Source: Planctomycetota bacterium (GTDB taxonomy: Bacteria > Planctomycetota > GCA-002687715). Taken from it: a stretch of 49,151 nt of DNA. How positions within the stretch are numbered: the stretch's first letter is position 1; every line of letters begins with the position of its first letter. The notes beneath the pieces are model-generated. The model saw only the letters and a program-made list of their open reading frames with translations, was not told the DNA's origin and searched no databases. The stretch covers positions 1 through 49,151 of the forward strand of contig NZBC01000077.1 in NCBI GenBank assembly GCA_002687715.1, given 5' to 3'. A program made the translations under genes and the position numbers. This document shows, piece after piece, positions 46,401 to 49,151 of the stretch.

Positions 46401-46870
46401 GACACTGCGCGGGCGCGACCGTCGGGATCGGGGAGGGCTCCCAGCGCGCTCGTGGCGGCGGCCGCGGTTTCGGCGTCGAGCCCGGCGGAGAGCAGGTCGC
46501 GGATGGCGCCGGTCGCGACTTCGTAACCGTCGTCGAGGTTCCCCAGCGCGTCTTCGAGCGCGGGCTGGCTACGCGCGGCCCGCCGGGCGAGGACGTCGAA
46601 CATCGCCGAGCCGCGGGGCGCGGTCCGGCCCGCGGCCAGAAGGACGTCCGCCGCGACATGGGCGGCCGTCTGCACCTGCACCCCGAGCACGGCACCGAAT
46701 CGTCGCGCGATCGCCGCCTGAAGGTGCTGACGCAACCCGGCCGACGGCACGACGATGCACACGGGGCGGTCGAGGGGCAGTGGATCGACGAGTGCACGGA
46801 GGTCGTCGAGCAGACACAGCTCGAGCGCGCGTGCTCCGCGTACACCGACTACTTTCGATTCCCGGCTCAT
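43475..46870 (-). CDS. addB: Helicase/nuclease subunit B, AddB-like (inactive helicase-like N-terminus, C-terminal PD-(D/E)XK nuclease with Cys cluster). Start taken at MSRESKV (46870); the ORF track extends to 46999.
   Basis: C-terminus has LILTDYKTGRP and CRWCEVKDAC (AddB Fe-S/nuclease region pattern). Sits upstream of, and overlapping, addA. Confidence 0.75.
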   Translation of the reverse strand: MSRESKVVGVRGARALELCLLDDLRALVDPLPLDRPVCIVVPSAGLRQHLQAAIARRFGAVLGVQVQTAAHVAADVLLAAGRTAPRGSAMFDVLARRAARSQPALEDALGNLDDGYEVATGAIRDLLSAGLDAETAAAATSALGALPDPDGRARAVSLVRAAATTRRDLLHLGYGRRADVLALAAEAVEHGEVALSARVYLVHGFADAPGTASRFLRALFDHADVHLYVDRPADPAELDVEDRGVRFVDAFLARLLPSEVETVRNPASERPEIACFTASGSANEIREVAHRVRSLLDAGARPESIAIVGRHLDGYAAPLRRHFDELAIPFSGGALPERFHPAERRVDALLELLEQRGATLVDRWLEARRGHRRENEIRLAFRTIGVTRLDEAATTDADEWIEAGRDSLALPIRRGFVEGGGPSVPDDEDDHEDRSSAGPDANTLEVRAQRCTLARQRLEAEINDARMLRDHLDAWPDRARLRDHVTHARGLDSLLRLGQRGKTLRSAPARLLVSRWQEALRQLGDLDRADLEVDRVELLVLLGGALRQKFAGLGGSGGGVQVLDVAHARALTFDHLFVIGLNRNVFPRPVREDPLLGDGVRQALRGVLPDLALANARHDEERYLFAQLCGAADALTLSWQRSDAEGRELAPSPFIQRLHLHDPDRAACSDADSASGPRADLEVRAPGESRRDIPRTLPDPDAEHRGTAVAALELAAHRGDRRSWRALLATALQETRRRFLPASGSVPSVTDLADIRFRVLSEFDPDRGTDAGRARLSKSGPWFGAIGRHDASTRDPRRSRLYVTTLEAIARCPWQGLLRRFLRLEPMPDPLAGPPAFDLLLIGNTVHRTLEELVRAASDSWPTTLEDATQRDPINVSRPSGTDVDTVLRRVAEDTGRDSGLHLPGLIDVLVRRCRPFVTAALAADWPDDTRLLVAGTELSGAIILSLDERDVEIAFKADRVDADADGLILTDYKTGRPPTGKKPDTRSNNVRKDLIAGTKLQAAAYARCDDGARGRYLFLRPDAADDTRSITLSSTDEAVTEDFPAVVRTILTTLDRGVMFPRLAMPNGDDGVACRWCEVKDACLQQDSGAKARLLRIAERARERLRRDDDVDAYSLMLARAFYLGEGPQG
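44811..44875. repeat. REP-like element, copy e, inside the addB coding sequence and in frame (translated as ...SGPRADLEVRAPGESRRDIP...).
   Basis: CCGGGAGCGCGGACCTCCAGGTCCGCTCTG plus an inverted spacer-like segment. The ORF is continuous through it. Confidence 0.6.
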
Positions 46871-46940
46871 GACCGTCGCCCCGCCTCCGCGCCCGGAGCG
46901 TACCAGGGGCCAGGGACGGTCGGGTTGGCGACGGAGCGAT

Positions 46941-46996
46941 GACGAAAAGAGAAGACCGGGCCTCATCGCCGCATCGACGACGAGGTCCGGTCTCTT
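46941..46996 (-). terminator. Imperfect long hairpin (AGACCGG...CCGGTCT with internal pairing) followed on the minus strand by TCTCTTTTCGTC, located between the sigma paralog 2 stop and the addB start. Possible terminator separating the two transcription units.
   Basis: Seen directly. Weak. Confidence 0.3.
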
Positions 46997-47083
46997 CACG
47001 CTCCGCTGCGGGCAGGGCGCGTTTTCCAGGATGCACCGGCGGGAACGGGCTCGTATTCCCCCCCGAGGTTCGTCCTGGAATTG

Positions 47084-48262
47084 TCAGTCCAACATCAACT
47101 GCGACAGCAACTTGCCGTCCGGTCCTTCCCGCAGGCTGTCGAACGCCTGCTTCTGGAGCTGACGAATACGCTCCGCCGACACTCCGAGGAGATCACCGAT
47201 CTCCGTCAGGGTGTGCGCACGGGCGCCGTCGATGCCGAAGCGCAACCGGAGAATCAAGCGCTGCCGGTCCGGAAGTGTCGCGAGGGACGAGCGCACGAAG
47301 TCGCCGGTGTCGTGCGTCTGCGGCATCACGTCAGGGCCGGGGTTGCGGCGATCCGCGATGATCTGTGCGAGGTCCGTGTCGTCGTCCATCCCGTGGTCTA
47401 GACTGAGGATGGGCCGGCTGACGGACGGGTTCGTCAACGGACCGGTGATCGGTCGTCGTTCCCCGGGCTCGATCGAGGCCTGGTTCTGCTCCTTCTCGAG
47501 CTTGCGCAGCGCCTGGGTGAGACTGACGGGGAGACGGATGGTGCGGCTCTTGTTCTCGAGGGCGCGCAGGATCGCCTGGCGGATCCACAGATACGCGTAC
47601 GTCGAGAACCGGACGCCGAAGCGTGGGTGGAACGACTCCGTCGAGCGGATGAGCCCGAGGTTGCCCTCCTGGATGAGCTCTGCGTACGGCATCGGACCGG
47701 GCACGAAGTTGTGCGCGACCTTCATCACCAGACGCAGGTTCTTCTCGATGAGTGGTGCGCGCACCTCCATGAATCGACCGCGGGTGCGGCGGATGCGTGC
47801 CTTCGCTTTTGCGTTCGCGCTCGTGACCGCTGCGAGGCGATAGCGCTGCAGCGGACCCGGACGGAATCCGACGAAGATGATGCTGCGGACCAGCTTGAGT
47901 GTGGCGCGCCGTCCACGAAATGGGCGTGTTGGATGCCGAGCGACGTGCCGCGCGAATACCCGGTACAGACGTTTGGCGAAGTGGGTCGGTCCCGAATCCT
48001 CGTCCGCCGGACGCGGCGGACCCGGGATCAACGAGAGGGCGGCGACGTCACCGCCCTTCCACTTTCGGAGATCCTCCCAGACGACGCGGAGCGCGGGCTC
48101 CGTGTGGAGAAACGCGGTCAACCACCGGTTGCGCGCGGTGACCAGCTTCTCCAGCGCCGTCTTCTCCTGCTCTGGCGTGAGCAGGGTGTGGCTCCGAGCC
48201 TCCCGCATGTAGAGCTCGAGCGGGTCGGCCGGTAACCCTCGATTTGCGGTTGTGGCCTTCAT
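47084..48262 (-). CDS. RpoD-like sigma-70 family RNA polymerase sigma factor, paralog 2 (392 aa).
   Basis: ELIQEGNLGLIRSTESFHPRFGVRFSTYAYLWIRQAILRALENKSRTIRLPV and region 4 RLILRLRFGIDGARAHTLTEIGDLLGVSAERIRQLQ. Collinear with paralog 1 from DPLELYMREA onward (~80% nucleotide identity in region 2). Confidence 0.85.
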   Translation of the reverse strand: MKATTANRGLPADPLELYMREARSHTLLTPEQEKTALEKLVTARNRWLTAFLHTEPALRVVWEDLRKWKGGDVAALSLIPGPPRPADEDSGPTHFAKRLYRVFARHVARHPTRPFRGRRATLKLVRSIIFVGFRPGPLQRYRLAAVTSANAKAKARIRRTRGRFMEVRAPLIEKNLRLVMKVAHNFVPGPMPYAELIQEGNLGLIRSTESFHPRFGVRFSTYAYLWIRQAILRALENKSRTIRLPVSLTQALRKLEKEQNQASIEPGERRPITGPLTNPSVSRPILSLDHGMDDDTDLAQIIADRRNPGPDVMPQTHDTGDFVRSSLATLPDRQRLILRLRFGIDGARAHTLTEIGDLLGVSAERIRQLQKQAFDSLREGPDGKLLSQLMLD

Positions 48263-48417
48263 GATGTGTCCCTGGTCAGTCGGGGACTCCGAGCGGGTCG
48301 CTGCAGGAAGACGCGCTCCGAGATTCCATGACTTGTAGTGCTCCCTCGTTCTTGTTTAATAACGTCAGGGTTCACAAATTACTTCGCACCGGTTGGCGCA
48401 AATGCTCAAAGAGGCTC

Positions 48418-49080
48418 ATGGATTCAAATCAGCCCAGATCACCTCGTGAGCAGATCCTGTACCTGCTGAAGGTCGCAGGGCCACGAACATCGAGTCAACT
48501 GGCTGAATCCGTGGGAGTTACAAAAGTTGCCATTCGACGCCATCTGGTCCAGATGGAGGCCGAGCGGCTCCTGACCCGTCAGGATCGCCGCGGCGCGACG
48601 GGGCGTCCGCCGCAGGTGTGGGAACTCACCCCCACTGCCCAGAGCGTGTTCGAGGACGGTCACGCCGACCTGTCCGTGAGATTCCTACACGCCGTCGAGC
48701 AGGAATTCGGGCTGGCCGGGCTCGGGCAGGTCCTCGACGCGGTGGTCCGCGGCGATATCGAACGCGCCGAGCGGGAGGCCCCGGGCGCGGACGTAGCCAC
48801 CCGCGTCGCGGCGCTGGCCGCGCTCCGTCGCGACCAGGGCTACATGGCGGAACACACCCGTGACTCCGACACCGGCGCCCACCTGCTGGTCGAGAACCAC
48901 TGCCCCGTGAACGCGGCGGCCGATGCATGCGACTCGCTGTGCGACCGCGAACTCCAGTTCTTCGAGCGTCTGCTCGGCGATGGAGTTCGCATCGAACGGA
49001 CGGATCACATGCAGGAGGGCGATCGGTGCTGCGTGTACGTGATCACCGAGACGCGTCCGGCGTCCGGCGTCGACGTTTGA
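48418..49080 (+). CDS. sufR: SufR-like winged-helix transcriptional regulator (DeoR/ArsR-type N-terminal HTH, C-terminal Cys-containing domain).
   Basis: From MDSNQPRSPREQILYLLKVAGPRTSSQLAESVGVTKVAIRRHLVQMEAERLL, closely resembling the cyanobacterial SufR N-terminus as recalled. C-terminus ENHCPVNAAADACDSLCD...CC. Upstream is an unusually AT-rich ~60-bp stretch (CTTGTTTAATAACGTCAGGGTTCACAAATTACTT). Confidence 0.65.
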   Translation: MDSNQPRSPREQILYLLKVAGPRTSSQLAESVGVTKVAIRRHLVQMEAERLLTRQDRRGATGRPPQVWELTPTAQSVFEDGHADLSVRFLHAVEQEFGLAGLGQVLDAVVRGDIERAEREAPGADVATRVAALAALRRDQGYMAEHTRDSDTGAHLLVENHCPVNAAADACDSLCDRELQFFERLLGDGVRIERTDHMQEGDRCCVYVITETRPASGVDV

Positions 49081-49097
49081 TCCTGCAGTCTGGTTCG

Positions 49098-49151
49098 TCG
49101 GGAGCGCGGACCTCCAGGTCCGCTCTGACGGCGCCGCCGGATCCGGACCCG
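49098..49151. repeat. REP-like element, copy f (CGGGAGCGCGGACCTCCAGGTCCGCTCTG plus spacer ACGGCGCCGCCGGATCCGGACCC...). Truncated by the window end.
   Basis: Follows the sufR stop. Confidence 0.6.

Noticed and set aside
39843-46870. addBA as a dedicated phage-defence module.
   Set aside because: AddAB is the standard RecBCD-analogous recombination-repair enzyme. No co-located restriction, Abi, or other defence genes support a specialized defence role.
1-49151. Mobile genetic element / genomic island / prophage.
   Set aside because: No integrase, transposase, recombinase or phage structural genes. GC content and codon style appear uniform. The tRNA-like fragment is the only hint, and it stands alone.

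Overview
High-GC (~70%) bacterial chromosomal segment, densely coding, with no transposase or integrase genes and no CRISPR array.

Left 12.8 kb: a reductive pyrimidine/cytosine catabolism cluster. It holds dihydropyrimidinase (partial, at the window edge), SSF and NCS1 permeases, CoA-acylating (methyl)malonate-semialdehyde dehydrogenase, a class-III aminotransferase, cytosine deaminase CodA, and dihydropyrimidine dehydrogenase PreT/PreA. An 833-aa secreted multi-domain protein interrupts the cluster. No beta-ureidopropionase is visible.

Middle: a secreted ~48-aa tandem-repeat protein, a LOG-family protein, an SSF transporter translationally overlapped with a GH3 NagZ-like hexosaminidase, a class-V aminotransferase, PepE, an SPFH/band-7 protein, a tRNA-like element with a neighbouring small ORF and terminators, and thrA-thrB-thrC.

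Right half: a second secreted repeat protein, a secreted tricorn-protease homolog, murQ translationally coupled to a secreted beta-helix protein, a DDAH-like protein, two paralogous RpoD-like sigma-70 factors bracketing thiI and an addB-addA helicase-nuclease pair, and a SufR-like regulator.

A family of REP-like palindromic hairpin elements (core GCGGACCTCCAGGTCCGC) occurs at six loci, mostly just after stop codons between convergent genes. One copy sits in-frame inside addB.

All calls come from reading ORF translations and the sequence by eye. No database searches were run.
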